NCBI GenBank assembly: GCA_965240325.2
Contig: OZ251240.1
Location: 1,364,001-1,428,000, forward strand
Direction of reading: 5' to 3'
Length of the DNA: 64,000 bases
Source of the DNA: Rebecca billardiae RCC1528
Lineage: Eukaryota > Protista > Haptophyta
Shown here: in pieces, positions 33,982 to 47,700 of the stretch
How positions within the stretch are numbered: position 1 is the stretch's first letter
Layout of the letters: every line of letters starts with the position of its first letter
Position numbers and translations under genes: made by a program
Notes under the pieces: model-generated
Seen by the model: only the letters and a program-made list of their open reading frames with translations
What the model was told of the DNA's origin: nothing
Databases searched by the model: none

Positions 33982-36900
33982 ATGGCCCTCGGCAAAGGCG
34001 AGCCGGCGGTGGGCGCGAAGATGTCGCTGCCCACGCCGAGCAAGCGCTCGGCCAACTTCGTCACCCGCGTGTGTGACGATCCCACCGCGCTCGTGGACCT
34101 GATGGCGCGGGTGCGCGCGCGAGACCGAGCGCGCGCACAATGAGCGCGCGCCGCGCCGCGCCGCGCCGCGCGCGCCTGAGACATGCCCCTCGGCCGGTCG
34201 CGCGCGCATGGCGGTGCGCGCCCAGACGGGTGCGGACGACCTGGCCGAGCAGCTCCAGGCCCTCGCCTCCAAGGAGCTCGCGCGCCTCTGGGCCACGCTC
34301 AGCGAGCACGTCGACGCGCTGATCGGGCGTGACGAGCATCGCGCGGACGAGGCCGCGGACGGCGCGATGGGCGGCGCGGCGCACACGGGCGCGATCGGCT
34401 TCTTCGAGGCGGTGGTCGAGCTCGCGCGCCAGACGCTCGCGTGCGAGGCGGTCACGCCGCCTGAGCAGATGCACGCCGCCGCGTTTGCGCTGCACGGTGC
34501 GCGCGCGAGCGAGCGAGGGCGTGAGAATGCGCGCGCGCGCGCGCGCGAGGCCATGCCGCGCGCCGCTCGGCGCGCGCTGAGCAGCGCGGCCGTGGTGTGC
34601 GCGCGCGGGCGCGCGCCTCTCGCGCAGACATCATCTTCGAGCTCGAGTCCGAGTCCGCCGCCGAGCTGCAGGACGCCATCGTGCGGCTGTGCGAGGGATG
34701 GTGGCACGCGGGCGCCGCGGGGCGCGAGTCCCTCGTGCCGCAGGCGGTCACGTACGTGCTGGTGCGCGCGCTCGGCGCGGACGCGGGCTCGGCGGACGTG
34801 AAGCGCGCGGCGGCGTTCCGCGGCGCGCTCGCCGCGCTCGACTTCGCCGACCCGTCCATCGGCTCGCTCAAGAAGCTGCTGCTGCACGCGCTGATCAGCC
34901 CGCGCTTCCTGCGGCACGCGGACGGGCGGCGCTGCCTCGTGTCGCTCTGGACGCTCGACCCGGGGTTCGTCGCCGAGCTGCACGCGGCGGTGAAGAACCA
35001 GCTGCCGGTGTGCCGCGCGTCGCTGCGCGCCGCGTACGCCGACGTGTACGCGCGCGCGTGGCGCGCGGCCAGCGGCGACTTTGCGTCCGCCATCGAGGCG
35101 GAGTGCCTGCAAGACCTGATGCACGCGGCCGCGCACGCGCGCACGAGCGCGATGGCGGCCGCGGTGCGCGCGGCGCTGGCGGAGGTGCACGCGCTGAAGG
35201 GGACGAGCCGCGCGGCGGACGAGATGCTCGTGCGGCTGTACGAGCCCATCCTCTGGCGCTCGCTCAAGGTGCCCAACCCGCTCGTCCGGCGCAACGCCGC
35301 CGCGCTCCTCTTTGACGTGTTCCCGCTCGCGCCGCCCGCCGCGCACGGCGCGCGCGCGCTCGACGAGGCGGCGCAGCGCTCGTGGGGTGCGGTGCGCGCG
35401 CTGCTCAAGGACGAGGCGCCGGCGGTGCGCGCGCTCGCGGCGCACGGCGCGGCGCGCTGCCTCGCGCTCTACGCCGAGCTCGCCCCGCCGGGCACGCCCA
35501 AGGCCGTCGCGCACGGCCTCGGCGCCGAGCTCGCGCACGACGCCGCGTCGGCGGCCGTGCGCGTCGCCGCGCTCGACGCGCTCGGCTTCCTCGTCGCGCA
35601 GGCGGCGCCGCCCAGGGCGAAGAAGGGCGGCGCGCAGAAGGGCGGCGCAACGGGTGCGAGGAAGGGCGCGGCGCCGCCGCCCGGCTCGGCCGCCGCCGCC
35701 GGCGCCGACGAGGACGGCGCCGCGGGCGTGTCGGGCGCGGTACAGCTTGCGCTCCGCGCCGCGCTGCCGCACGTCGCGCCGCTCGCGCATGACAGCTGCG
35801 AGCGCGTGCGCGCCGCGCTGCTGCGGCTGCTCGCGCGGCTGCGCGCGCTGCGCACGCCCGCGTGGCACGCGCTCGTGAGCGCGGACGCGCTCGCGCGCCG
35901 GCTGCCGCTCGAGCGCCCGCCGCTGCGCCGCCAGCTCGTCGCCCTGCTCGCTCCCTTGTATCTGCCCACGGCCGGCGGCGGCGGCGGCGGCGGGGCGGGC
36001 GGCGGCGGCGCGGCCGCGCGGCCGCTGGCTCGGCTGCGCGAGCTGTGCGCGGCGCAGCCGCTGTGTGCGCGCGCGCTGCTGCAGAGCGAGGCCACGCACA
36101 CCGCGCACGGCGGCGACGTGCTCGCGCGCGCGCTCGGCGCGCTGCTCGACGACGCGCTCGGCGCGGCGGCGCGCGCGGGCGGTGGCGCGGCGGATGAGGG
36201 CGCGCGCGCGCTCGGCGCCGCGCTCGGCGCCGCGAGCGCGCTGCTCGAGGGCGAGGCGGCCGCCGCCGTCGCGCGCGGCGGCGGCGCTCGCGGCGCGGCG
36301 GCGGCGCGGCCCCTCGCGACGCTCGCCGCCGCGCGCATCGACGCGCGCGCGGGCGAGCGCCTCTGGGCGGCCGCGGCGCCGAGCGCGGACGCGCGCGGCG
36401 CGTTGCGCGCCATCGCCGCGCGGCTGCCGGAGGGATCGGTGCCGGCGGTGAGCGCGGAGTGCGCGGCGGTGCTGCCGGCGGTGATGTCGCCGCACGCGCC
36501 GTCGCCGCACGCGCGCATGGACGCGGCGGCGCGCGCGGACGCGCACCCGCCCGTGACCGCTCCGCTCGGCGCCGCCGACGCCGACGCCGACGGCGCGGGT
36601 GCCGCCGCCGCGCAGTCGGGCGTGCTCGCGTGCGTGTGCGCGTGGCAGCGCGCCGGCCCTCTGCTCGGCTCGGTGCTCGCGGCGCTGCGGATGACGGCCG
36701 CCGTGGCGGCGGCGCAGGAGGAGGGCGGCGGCGATCTCGGTGGCGCCGCGGCCTCCGATGAGAACGGCGGCGGCGCGGCGCGCGCGGGCGGGAAGCGCGC
36801 GCGGCAGCAGCAGCAGCAGCAGCGCGCGCAACCGCCCGCGCCGCCCGCCGCGAGCGCGGCCGAGCACGCCGCCGCGGCCGAGCGCGCCGCGTCGCTGCTG

Positions 36901-38410
36901 CTGCAGCTGCTCGCGAGCGCGCCGCTGCGCGCGCAGCTGCTCTCCGCGCCCGAGCAGCGCGCGGCGCTCGGCGCGATCGGCGCCGAGCTCGAGCGCTGGC
37001 TGCCCGCCCTGCGCGCGCGGCTGGGCGCGCCCGCGCCGCTCGGCGGCGCGGCCGCGAGCGCGCGCGCGCACGCGGTGGCGCAGCTGAGCGCGCAGGGCGC
37101 GCTGCGGCTGGTGCGCGCGCTGGGCAAGCTCGCGACGCACCTGGCGCTGCCGCACGGCGACGACGACGACGACGACGCGGAAGGGCGCGCGCGCGCGCTG
37201 CGGCTGCTCCGATCGCTCGGCGCGTGGGGCTGCGAGCTCGCGCGCGACGCGTCAGCGCGCGGCTTTGGCGCGCCGGCCTCGGCAGCCGGCGCCGTGCCGG
37301 CGGCGAGCCGCGCGCTGCGCGCCGTGCAGGCGGCCGCGCCGCCGCCGGCGGACACGCCGCCGCGCGCGCGCCCGAGGCGCGCCGAGCCGGCGGAGGCGGA
37401 GGGCGCGGCGCGCGCGGACGCGGTGGGCTGGGCCTGCGCCGCGCTCGTCGCGTGCGTCGACGCGCACGCCGACGCGGCGGCGGTCGGGCTGTGCGCGGCG
37501 CCGGAGGGCGGCGCGGAGGCCGGCGCACTCGCGCGCGCCGCCGCCGAGTGCGCGTGCGCCGCACTCGGCGCGTGCAGCGCGCGCGCCGCGGCGGGCGGCT
37601 CGTCGGCGCACGTGTGCGCGCAGCGGCGCGCGCTCGCGCTCGCGTGGCAGCTGCTGGATGGCGGCGCGGCGGAGGAGGGCGGCGTGGGTGAGGGCTCGGA
37701 GGCGGACGCGGAGGGCGCGCCCGCGGCCGCGCAGCTCTCCGCGCAGATCGTGCGCGCCGCCGCCGCCGCCGCGCCGCGCGCCGCCGCGGCGATCGACGCG
37801 GCGCTGCGCGCGGACGGCGCGGACGCGGACGCCCTCGACGCGCGCACCAACCTGCAGCTGAGCGCGGCCGAGCTGCGCGCGGGCACGTCCGCGCTGCTCG
37901 CGCTGTGCGCGCACGCGCCGCACGCGCGCGTCGGCGCGCTCGTCTGCGCGCTCATCGGCGCGGCGCTCGACGCGCGCGCCGCGCTCGGCGCGGCGCCGGG
38001 CGGCGCGCGCGGCGCAGACGACGCCGACGCCGACGTCGACGCCGACGCGGAGGGCGCGCGCGGCGTCGCGCTCGTGCCGACGCTCGGGCTCCCGCCGCTG
38101 CCCACGGCCGCGCTCGAGGTGCGCGCGCGCGCGCCGAGCGCGCCGCCACGCCTGCCGCGCGCGCGCTGAGTGCGCCGCCCGCGCGCCCCCTTCGGCGGTT
38201 GCCTGTCCCACGCAGGCGCTCGCGCGCGCGAGCAGCGGTGGCAGCGGCAGTGGCGCGAGCGCCGAGCTCGGTCGCGCCGTCGCCGCCGAGCTCGAGGCGC
38301 TGCGCGTTGCCGAGCCGAGCGCCGACGCACCGGACGCGGCGTGGCTGTGCCGGCTGGGCCGCGCGCTCGGCTGCTCCGAGCCGCAGCTGCTGCGCGCGCG
38401 CGCGTGCTGA
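33982..38410 (+). CDS. NCAPG2: Condensin II non-SMC subunit G2 (exons 33982-34110, 34226-34496, 34628-38118, 38216-38410)
   Basis: Conserved 'LCEGWW', 'DF.DPSIGSLKKLLL', 'AYADVYARAW', 'IEAECLQDLM' and 'LYEPILWRSL..PNPLVRRNAAALLFDVFPL'. Three GT-AG introns restore one frame. The start could also be 34021. Confidence 0.9.
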
Positions 38411-38873
38411 GCGCGGCGCTGCGCCGGTGCCGTGCGCACGGCACAAGAGGTGTGCCGACCAGGTTTGCGCCGAGCGCCGCGCCGGGCCCGGGGGCGAACG
38501 GGGCGTGTGCGCGCGCCCTGCCGTTGGGCGGGCTGCTGCTGACACCGCCGCGCCCCGTGCTGCCGTGTGCGCGCCCCCGCGCCCTCCGTCCTGCCTCAGC
38601 GGGCCAGCCGTCCGCAGGCTTCCAGTTCCAGTCCCGAGTGGTCCAGTCCGCCGCGGGGGCGGCTCTGAGTGCTCCGTGACGGCATCAGTCATCATCACGT
38701 TCAGTCTCCGCGACTCGCGAGTGGCCTCACGGGCTGACTCAGCCCCGTGGCGGACGGCACTCGGGCGCCCGCACTGCAGCAGTCGTGAACCACGCCTCGG
38801 GCCGGAGCCGAGATGATGCCAGATTATTGCACGGACTGGCGCGCATATCATCATCAGCAGCAGTGTAACAGTA

Positions 38874-38901
38874 GCAGAGAGAGAGAGAGAGAGATACTGA
38901 A

Positions 38902-38951
<50 letters not shown>

Positions 38952-39052
38952 ATAATAATAATATACTGAATACATCAGCTATCATCAGCATTTTATTATT
39001 AATATTATAATCATAATATATATATATTATTTTATATATTATTAATAAAATA
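38874..39052. repeat. (GA)n plus (TA)n microsatellite / AT-rich island
   Basis: GAGAGA run followed by a long TA run between two convergent genes. Confidence 0.9.
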
Positions 39053-39155
39053 ATGACGACGACGACGGCCGCCGACGCAGTCAGGGCGCATGATGCATTG
39101 ATGCGCGCTCTTGTTCCGGTGACCACGGACCGTGTGAGCTCGATCGTCACGCCAG

Positions 39156-42063
39156 TCACTGCCGGCGTGGTCGACTCGAGTCCCTCGCGCCACTGCCAGC
39201 GGTGCTGCGACGCCGCTTGCCGGACGTTCCCACCTGCTCCCCGCCCTGACGGCCGTCGTGTCTCGACGAGGATGCAGGCTTCGAGCTGCAGCTGTCGCAG
39301 GCCACGCGAATCGCTTTATAAGAGGCGGGTCGGTCACGAACCTCGGGGCAGCAGTGCTTGTGCATTCGCCTGCGCTCCGGAGCGGCGGGGTGGGCGCGTC
39401 GCGTCCGGAAGAGGTGGCGCGAGAGTGCTGTCAGCCAGCCCATCGCGCGGCGGCGCAGCGCCCGGCCCGCCCGCCACGCGGGCCGCGAACGCCGCGCGCC
39501 GCGTGCTGCGGCGTCTTCAGCCCGCGTGCGCCGGCCGCACCTCTGGCACTTGCAGCAGCGCAGCTCGAGGCCGTACATCTCCTCGCCGCAGCGCGCGCAC
39601 GACTCGAGCACGTCCGGCAGCTGGTCCAGCGGAGGGAGTGTGCCGCCGAAGAAGGAGAGAGGTGGGAGGACCGGCGACACGCCGCCGCCCACGCCGCCCA
39701 CGGGCGCCCCCCAGGGAGGCTGCGCGCCGGGCACGCGGTCTTTCAGCCCCACGTGCACACCCTCGGCGCGTGCGCGCGCGCCCGTCTCGTCCGCGCCCGT
39801 GGTGGCGGCGTGCTGATGCTGGTGCGGCCGCGCGGCTGCCGCGCCCGCGTCGTGCGAGGCACTGTTGGCAGGCGCGGGGCCATCCATCCACGCCGGCCGA
39901 GCGAGCGCGGCCGCCTCGTCGTGGCCGTCGTTTGCCTGCGCTGCTGGCGGCGCCATCGCTCCAGGCGGCATGTGCAGCGGCGGCTCCTGCGCAGCCCGTC
40001 CGCCCGCGTCGCGGATGGGGCTGCGCGCGGCGTGCCGCGGCCAGTCGCCGGCGCCGTGCGCGGCTGGGTTGATGGCGTGGACGGCAGCGGCGAACGGCAC
40101 GATGGGCAGTGTGGCGGGCCGCACGCCGGCTGGCGGCGCCGGCGCGCCCGCCTGAGGGCGGCGCGGCGGCAGGCCAGGCCCGCCGGACATCGAGTCGGCC
40201 GCCGGCGTGTGCGGCGGCGCGGCCGGCCTGACGCGGCTTTGCGAGAGCACAGTCTCCGCGGGGTCGTCGTGAGGCGAGGCCGGTGCGCCGAGGAGAGGCT
40301 CGCTTGGATCGGCGTGGGGCGTGCGCGGCGCGAGTTGGTGGAGGGCCTCGTCGTCCGCGGAGCGTGCCGGGGCGTTGCGCTGCGCCGCAGACCCACCGTA
40401 GCCCGCGCGCGGGGCCGGCGGCGTGGCCATCGGCGCCGCTGCTGCATGCGGCGCCGGCGCGCCGAGGCCACTTCCCGCGGGGCTTGTGCTGAGGACGCGC
40501 TGCTCCATCGAGTGGACCAGGTCGAGGACGTCGCTCAGGTCGCTCTCCACACCGGCCTTGGCCGTGATCGCCGCCTGCAGCCGCACTTCGAGTGCCGACG
40601 CCTCGTCAGCCGACGCTGCCGCGCGCCGCTCTGCCTCGACGGCCGCGTCGCGCGAGCTCTGGCCGCGCGCGCTCGCCTCGCTGGCTGCGCGGAGCGTCTC
40701 CGCTCGCGCCGCCGCCAGCTGGCGCAGGAGCTCCGAACGAGTGCGCTCCCAGGCCTGGTGGCGAGCCTGCGCGCGCGGCGGCGGAGCAGCAGCGTTGTGT
40801 GGAGGCGGCGCGGACGGCAGAGGGGCGGTGAGTGAGCCTGAGAGCGCGCGGCGCGCGTCTGCGCACCGCACGTGCGGCACTCGTCAACGGCGCAAGTTCA
40901 GGGCTTCAGGCGAGTCCGCCGACGGGCGCTGTCCGGCCTGCACAGTCCAGACGGGTGCCCGCGATCAGCCCCACGCGCGCTCGCCGTGCGCGCAGACAGG
41001 CAGAAGTAGACCGACACACAGCCAGCCGGCCAGCCAGCCCGCCGCCAACACTCACAGCCCAGCAGCTGCGTGGCGGCCGCGCGCGGCCAGGCAAGCAGCC
41101 AGCAGCCAGCATCGGCCGGCGCGGCGGCGCCCGTCGCAGGCCCGGCGGCGCGCGGGGGCTTGCGCGCGGGGCGCGGCGGGAGGCGCGCACCTGCCACGCG
41201 ACGATGTCCTGCTCCAGCGTGCGCACCTCTTGCGCGAGGGCTGCCTCGCTCGCGGCGCGCACGTCGTCGGCCGCGGTGAGGGCGCGCGCGTGCTCGTGCA
41301 GCCGCGCGCACTGCGCGCTCAGCGCGCTCGCGCGCTCGTGCGCGCAGCGCTCGCGCTCGAGCGCGCCGGCGTACGCCTCGTCGAGCGCGCCGCGCTCGCG
41401 CTGGGCGAGGCCCGCCTGACCGAGCGCGTCCCGCTGCGCCTCGCGCGCGTGCGCCGCCTGGTCGCGGAAGAAGAGCGCGCTCACGAGCGCGGCGCGCCGC
41501 ACGGCGTGCGCGGCGCGCGCCTCCTCCAGCGCCTCGGCCTCGCGCGCGGCCGCGGCGCGCGCGGCCTCGACGCGGGCGTCGGAGGCGGCCTCGGCTCGGG
41601 AGAGCGCCTCGAGCAGCCCGCGCTGCCTCGCGCGCACATCGGCGATCGCCTCGCTCGCCGTGGCCGCCGTCGGCCCCGCCTTGGCAGCGAAGTCCTCGAG
41701 CAGCTGCACGCGCTCCGACATCTCGCGCAGCTGCGTCTGCCGCTCGGCGTGGGCGGTGCCCGCGCGCTCGAGGGCGTCGACGCGCGTGCGCAGCGCGTCG
41801 CGCTGCTGCTCGAGGCCCTGCGCCCGCGCGCTCGCCGCCGCGAGCTGCGCGCGCGCGTCGGTGAGCGCGTGCTCGGCCGCGTCGCGCTTGGCCTCGAGCG
41901 CGCCGAGCTCGCCGCTCGCGGTGCGCGCGCGCGAACGCTCCGCGTCGAGCTGGCGGCGCGCGTCGTCGAGATCGCGCTCGAGCTGCGCGCGTGCCGCCTG
42001 GTGCTCCCGCAGCGCGCGCGCGACCTCGTCGAGCGGGGATTCGGCCATCGCGGCGCCGGTCAT
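39156..42063 (-). CDS. Coiled-coil protein with C-terminal PHD-like zinc finger (exons 42063-41191, 40766-39541, 39369-39156)
   Basis: A/E/R heptad-rich N-half. Removing intron 39540-39370 gives CARC-x10-CCKC-x4-H-x2-C...CDSC (C4HC3 pattern). Donors are GTGCG and acceptors GCAG. Confidence 0.72.
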
Positions 42064-42287
42064 CGCGCCCGCCCTGTCGCCCCCGCGGTCGCTCGCAAGT
42101 CGGTGGGAGTCGAAGCGAACTCGCTTGGTTCGCGGCGGCGGCCCCCCTTCCGGCCCGGTGGGCCAACCAAGGGTACCAACGGTCTTTTCGCCACGCACCG
42201 GACCATCAGGAAGTCCGGCGCCCGTCGTCGCCTACTGACGCCTCGCGTGGACCAGAACGCATCACTGCATCAGGCGCAGCACGCACG

Positions 42288-44178
42288 ATGTCGCCGCCTC
42301 ACGAGGAGGAGGCGGAGCCGCTCACGGGCCACGGCGGCACGGGCGCGTCGAGCGCTCGGGAGCGCGCGGCGTCGACGCTCGCGCAGGACCGGCTGGCGAT
42401 GGTCCTCCTCTTCGTGCTGTACACGCTGCAGGGCATCCCGATGGGCCTGTCCGCGAGCATCCCGTTCCTGCTGCAGTCGCGCGTCACGTACAAGGAGCAG
42501 GCGGTCTTCTCGCTCGTGTCGGTGCCCTTCTCGCTGAAGCTGCTGTGGGCGCCGATCGTCGACGGCTTCTACTCCGCGCGCTTCGGCCGGCGCAAGTCGT
42601 GGCTCGTGCCCATCCAGCTGCTCTGCGGCGCGACGATGGTGCTGGGCTCGTCGCGGCTCGAAGGGCTGATGGGCGACGCGCCCGGCAGCACGCCGGACGT
42701 GGGCTCGCTCGCGCGGTACTTTGGCTTCCTCTTCTTCCTGATGGCGACGCAGGACATCGCCGTCGACGGCTGGGCGCTCACCATGCTCTCGCCCGGCCGC
42801 GTCGCGTGGGCGGGCACGATCAACACGGTCGGTCAGACGCTCGGCTACTTCACCTCGTACGTCGGCTTCCTCGCGCTCAACGACGAGGCCACGTGCAACG
42901 CGTACCTGCGCGGTGCGCCGGCGAGCGGCGGGCTGGTGAGCCTCTCGGCGTTCGTGGCGTTCTGGGGCTGGGTCTTCATCGGCGCCACGCTCCTCGTGCT
43001 CGCGTGCAAGGCGGAGGGCGCGGACGCGGAGGTGCCCTCGGGCGTGCTCGCCATGTACAGGTGAGGCGCAGCGCACCGCACCGCACCGCACTGCGCACCG
43101 CACCGCACCGCACTGCGCACCGCACCGCACCGCACTGCGCACCGCACCGCAGCAGCGCACCGCGCACTGCGCACCGCACCGCAGCTCCGCCGTGACGCCG
43201 GCGCGGCCCCGCCGCGCGCGGCGCGGCTCGCGGCGCGGGTGCGCGCAGGGAGGCGCTCGAGTGCGCGCGGCTGCCGCCGGTGCGCACGTACGCGCTCGTG
43301 CTGCTCACCGTCAAGCTGGGCAGCGCGGCCGCGGACGCGGGCACGTCGCTCAAGCTGACCGAGTACGGCATGCCCAAGGAGGAGCTCGCCTTCCTCTCGC
43401 CCTTCCTCGCGAGCGCGGGCATCATCGTGCCGATGCTGATCGCCAAGCTCACCACGGGCCCGCGCCCGCTGAGCGTGTACCTGGTAGGCGTGCCCGCGCG
43501 GCTGCTGCTCAACGTGCTCTACTGGTACGCGGTGCCGCTCGCCGCGCGCGCGTACGGCCCCGAGCCGAGCGTGAGCAAGCCCGCGTTCTACGCGGTGATC
43601 GTGAGCAGCGCGCTCGTCAACGTGTTCGCGGTGAACATGATGTTCGTCTCGCAGATGGCCTTTGCCAACCGCGTCGCCGACCCGTCGATCGGCGGCACGT
43701 ACATCACGCTCATCAACACCGTCGCAAACCTCGGTGCGCGCGCGCGTGCGGTGCGCGCGCGCGTGCGGTGCGCGCGCGCGCCGAGCCGAGCCGCAAGCGC
43801 GCCGCGCGCCGCCGAGCCGCGCCTTCTGCGCTGAGACGCGGAGTCGCGCGCGCGCGCGGCGCAGGCGGCACATGGACTTCGAGCGTGGCGCTGTACGTGC
43901 TCGACTCGCTCACCACGCGGCAGTGCACGCACGCGCGCACGGGGCGGCCCATCGGCTCCGGCCGCTCGGGGCAGCCGCTGTGCGAGACCAAGCTGGACGC
44001 CGAGTGCACGCGGCTCAAGGGCGCGTGCGAGATGGTCTCGGACGGGTACCGCACCGAGCTGCTGGCGTGCACCGCCCTCGGCATCGCGTGGCTGCTCCTC
44101 TTCAGGCCGGTGGTGCTGCGGCTGCAGGCGACGCCCATCAACGCGTGGCGGCTGCGCTCGCACTGGAAGAACGGGTGA
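42288..44178 (+). CDS. SLC33A1: Acetyl-CoA transporter 1 (AT-1, MFS) homolog (exons 42288-43060, 43249-43733, 43865-44178)
   Basis: 'LYTLQGIPMGL', 'PFSLKLLWAPIVD', 'FGRRKSWLVP', 'ATQDIAVDGWALTML' and 'DPSIGGTYITLINTVANLGGTW'. Two GT-AG introns. Confidence 0.92.
43072..43182. repeat. (CGCAC)n pentanucleotide microsatellite in intron 1 of the acetyl-CoA transporter gene
   Basis: Repeated CGCAC units interrupted by TG. Confidence 0.9.
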
Positions 44179-44750
44179 GCCGAGCCGTGCACCCACGCGC
44201 CCACGACGCGGCGGCAGGCCTCGCGCGCGCGGGGCCGCAGGCGGGCCGACGGGGGGCGCGCGCCGAGACGCTCGCACGCGAGGCCCCGCCGCGCGCGGGC
44301 GCGCGGTGTGACGATGCACGGGCGCGGGCGTGGCCCCCCGGCCCTTCCGTCGACCGCCCGCCGCGCTCGGCCGTCAGATCCGCGCCGCCGGCGCGCGCGG
44401 ACACGCCGCCGTGCGTGCCGTCGGCGCTGCTTCCGGCCGCCTGGTCCGCGTGGGCGCACTCGCGCGGCGAGGGCATGGCCGCCGACGACGACGACGCCGA
44501 GCGCCACGCAGAGGAGGGGCGCGCAGCTCGGCCAACGGCGTGCCGCAGGTTAGCTCCGTTCTCGGACGCCGCCCCTCCGAGCTCGGGCGGTCTTGATTGA
44601 CTTCGATCCGCGGCGCGACAATATGCTGCCGATCCGTCCGGCCCGTCAATGATTATCCGGGACATACATCACGGGGAGTCGAGGACTACTCGTATAGTAG
44701 TACGTATTGTACGTACTACCGCCCTTGGTACTACGTACGTCTACGACTCT

Positions 44751-47700
44751 CACAGTGGCACCGGAAGGGACGATGTTGCGGATAAGCCTTTTCGTCGCCC
44801 CGGCGCTCCCCCAGTGGGAAAAATGATTTTCCGTGGTTTTCACGATGGCCGCCGTCCAACCTGGCCTCGGCCGGCGGACGCCTCTCGAACGGACTTCGCT
44901 GGCTCGCGCGAAGTCGCCGTCGACGGTGTGGTGCGAGTCGCGCGACGGCCCGCGCGCGATGAGGAGTGCGCCGCGCGCCGTGCGCGCTTACCACAAGCCC
45001 TGCCCCTCCACCCCGCCCAAATCGCCCGCGCAGAGTGCCACCTCTCTCGACTCGCTCAGGTCACATGCCCGCCTCGGGCACGGACGGGCGTGCTCAAACA
45101 CGGTGCACGACTTTGGGCAGGCGGGGCTCGTGAACCTAATAAGTCATTGTCTGGCGAGACGCTGCACGATGGGCGGGGTGCCCCTGGTCTATACGGATAT
45201 GCCATGGACGTACAGGGTTTCGGACCTCCTCATCATGTGAGCTGGCCACGATGCCCGGCGGCACGTCCTCGGTCGTGCCCGCTGGCAGCTGCTCCCGCGA
45301 CCCGCGCGCACAGCTGCGTGTGATTCATCGCGCGGACACCTGCGCGATCGCGTGTCTGGCGCATGCCTACACCAGTGGGTCTCTCTGCAGGGCCGTTGCG
45401 TTCCGGTACGGTCACCCGCTGGCGCAGCAGGGCCGCTTTTCAGGTGTCGATGGCTCCGATCGGCACGGCGCGAGCGACTCTCCACGACTTTGGGCAGCCC
45501 TTGCCGACGAAGCCAATACGAGTGTACCTGACCGCGCGCGCGCTGATGATAGCGGGTGTGATGCTGCACGGCGTCGCAGCGGGCTGCCACGCCTGGAGCA
45601 TCCTGCGGCACGTTCCAACCGGATGCGCGCGCTGCGGCATGCGCTCACGTGTGCGCGAGCACGCCCACCACACCTGCCTGCGCGACGCGCGCGCAGGCGA
45701 TACCGATGCTTCCAGTGGGCAAGGGGGCGATCGTGTGGACGCGGCAAGATGTCTGTGCCTACGAGCCTCTCGTGGCGCCCACGACACATCCGTTTGGCAG
45801 ACCGTCGAGCAGCAGTGTGATCGCAGCAGGTGCTTTGCGTTTGCTCGGTGACGACGCAGTACGACCGCCAATCTGAGCTCAAGCACTGCTGTGGTCGACG
45901 AGCTGCGCGGCGAAGCGTGCGCGCGAGCCACGCGTGTGCTTGCATTGGCCTGTAACTCAACGACTTCGAGCAGGTGGCTTGGAACGCGCTTTCTGTATCC
46001 GCTGCGGCCACGCGCAGGTCGGCGCATCGCTTCGGGGCGCGAGGAGCTGTGATCTCGACAAACAAGCGAGCTGCCTGCCCACTGCACGCCCGCGCTCGCG
46101 CCAACGGCTGCTGCCGCTCACCAGCCCGGCCAGTTGGCAGTTCGGGCGGTAAGACCAGCCACTTGCCGCGCGTGGCCCATCATTGGCCGCCGCCCGTCTC
46201 ATCAGCACCGCGCGGCCGCCTCCGGTGCCGCGCCCCGGGGCCGGCCCGGATACGTCAGCACCGCGGACTGCAGCACCGCCGGCTCGTCCGATGACATCGC
46301 CGGGCGATGACTCACCGCTCGACGCCGACTGACAGTCACTCTACTGCTGGCGCCAGTCATCTCCGATCAGCAGTCGTCGTCCGTCCGCTATATCTCATCA
46401 TCAGTACCCGGCCGCCGCGCGGCCGATTCACTACTCATATCGTCTGCGCGGCGTCACTACTGCTGCGCTGCTCGGATGATTCCGATCTCGCCGCATCTCG
46501 CGGACCGTCCGAGATGACATCTGACGCGCGCCGCGCGCGCGCGGGGGGTGCGCGGCCCGATATGCGCGGATCGCCGGCGGCCGGCGGCGGGGCCGGCGGC
46601 GGGGCCGCCGCTCGGCCGCGCCGCGCTCCCGCGCCGTATATCGTCAGAGTCGTACGACGCGACATATGAGCCCCCAGCACGGCGCGCCGGCCTCGACGAC
46701 CGTATGTGATGGGCTGCTCATTGTCTGTTCCACGTCCAGCTGCGCGACTCGTATGATGCGCGCCGGTCGCGGCCCACCCGAACGGCCGCGATGACGCTCC
46801 GGGCCGTCCAAGCCGTCAGACTCCGAGAGTATAGTCGGTGGCACGGCATCCGCCTGCCGGCGCGCGCGGTATACCCAAATCAGTCTGCCCGGTGCGACTG
46901 CTGCTCCCTCTGCGGCAGTCGCCTGGATCGATCATCGGGGCCACCGCGCGCCGCCGCCCACGCTGCGCGGCGTGCAGCTGCACTCGCCGCCGCGCGCCGG
47001 GCTCAGCGCCACGCGTCAGCGTTCGCCGCCGATGCCCACGCTGCGTGACGCGCACCTCGCACGGCTGTGGCGGCGCGGGCCGAGCCGCGCACGCGCACGC
47101 TCGCAGCCACCGCCCACGCTCTGCGGCGTGCAGCACTCGGCGCCGCCGCGCGCCGGGCTCGGCGCCGCGCGTCAGCATTCGCCGCCCAAAGGCCTTGCAC
47201 ACGCGCCCAACCGATGCCGATGGTTGAAGCCGTCCCTAAAGCACCCTCGCCAGCGTCCCATCCCGGCCACGAGCTAGCGTGCCACCGAGCAGCGTCGCAG
47301 CCGCGCGGCGCGCGGCTCAGCTGCCCGCCCGGCCCGGGCGCTGCTGCGAGCTCGCACGCCCATCGCCGCGGGCTCGAGCGGAGCCCTCCGGCAGCGAGGC
47401 CTTGCATACACGCCCAGACGATGCCGATGCTTGCAATCACTCCTCCGACGCACTCGCCGGCGGCCGATCGCGGCCGTCAGCCAGCGTGCCACCGGCACGC
47501 TTGATGAGTGGGTCACGGCCGTCGACAAGCACCGGTGCCCACTGCTCAGCATGCCGACATCCGTAGACCCAGATGCACTCCAGAAGAGCGACGCTCGGGG
47601 CGTCACGATAAGCATAGATACCACTGGGACTGATCCCCACCCATCTAGCTCCATCCTGCGCTTGCTAAGCCCTCGGAAGTGGTTGCACGCGCCTCGCGTG

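Noticed and set aside
33922-38444. Antisense and alternate-frame ORFs of 700-1100 aa over NCAPG2 (similar ones lie over 48938-50914 and 59508-63059)
   Set aside because: Shadow ORFs caused by extreme GC3 bias of the real genes.
44751-44800. Complete V(D)J-type recombination signal sequence
   Set aside because: The heptamer is present, but there is no ACAAAAACC-like nonamer at 12- or 23-bp spacing at either end and no 5-bp TSD.
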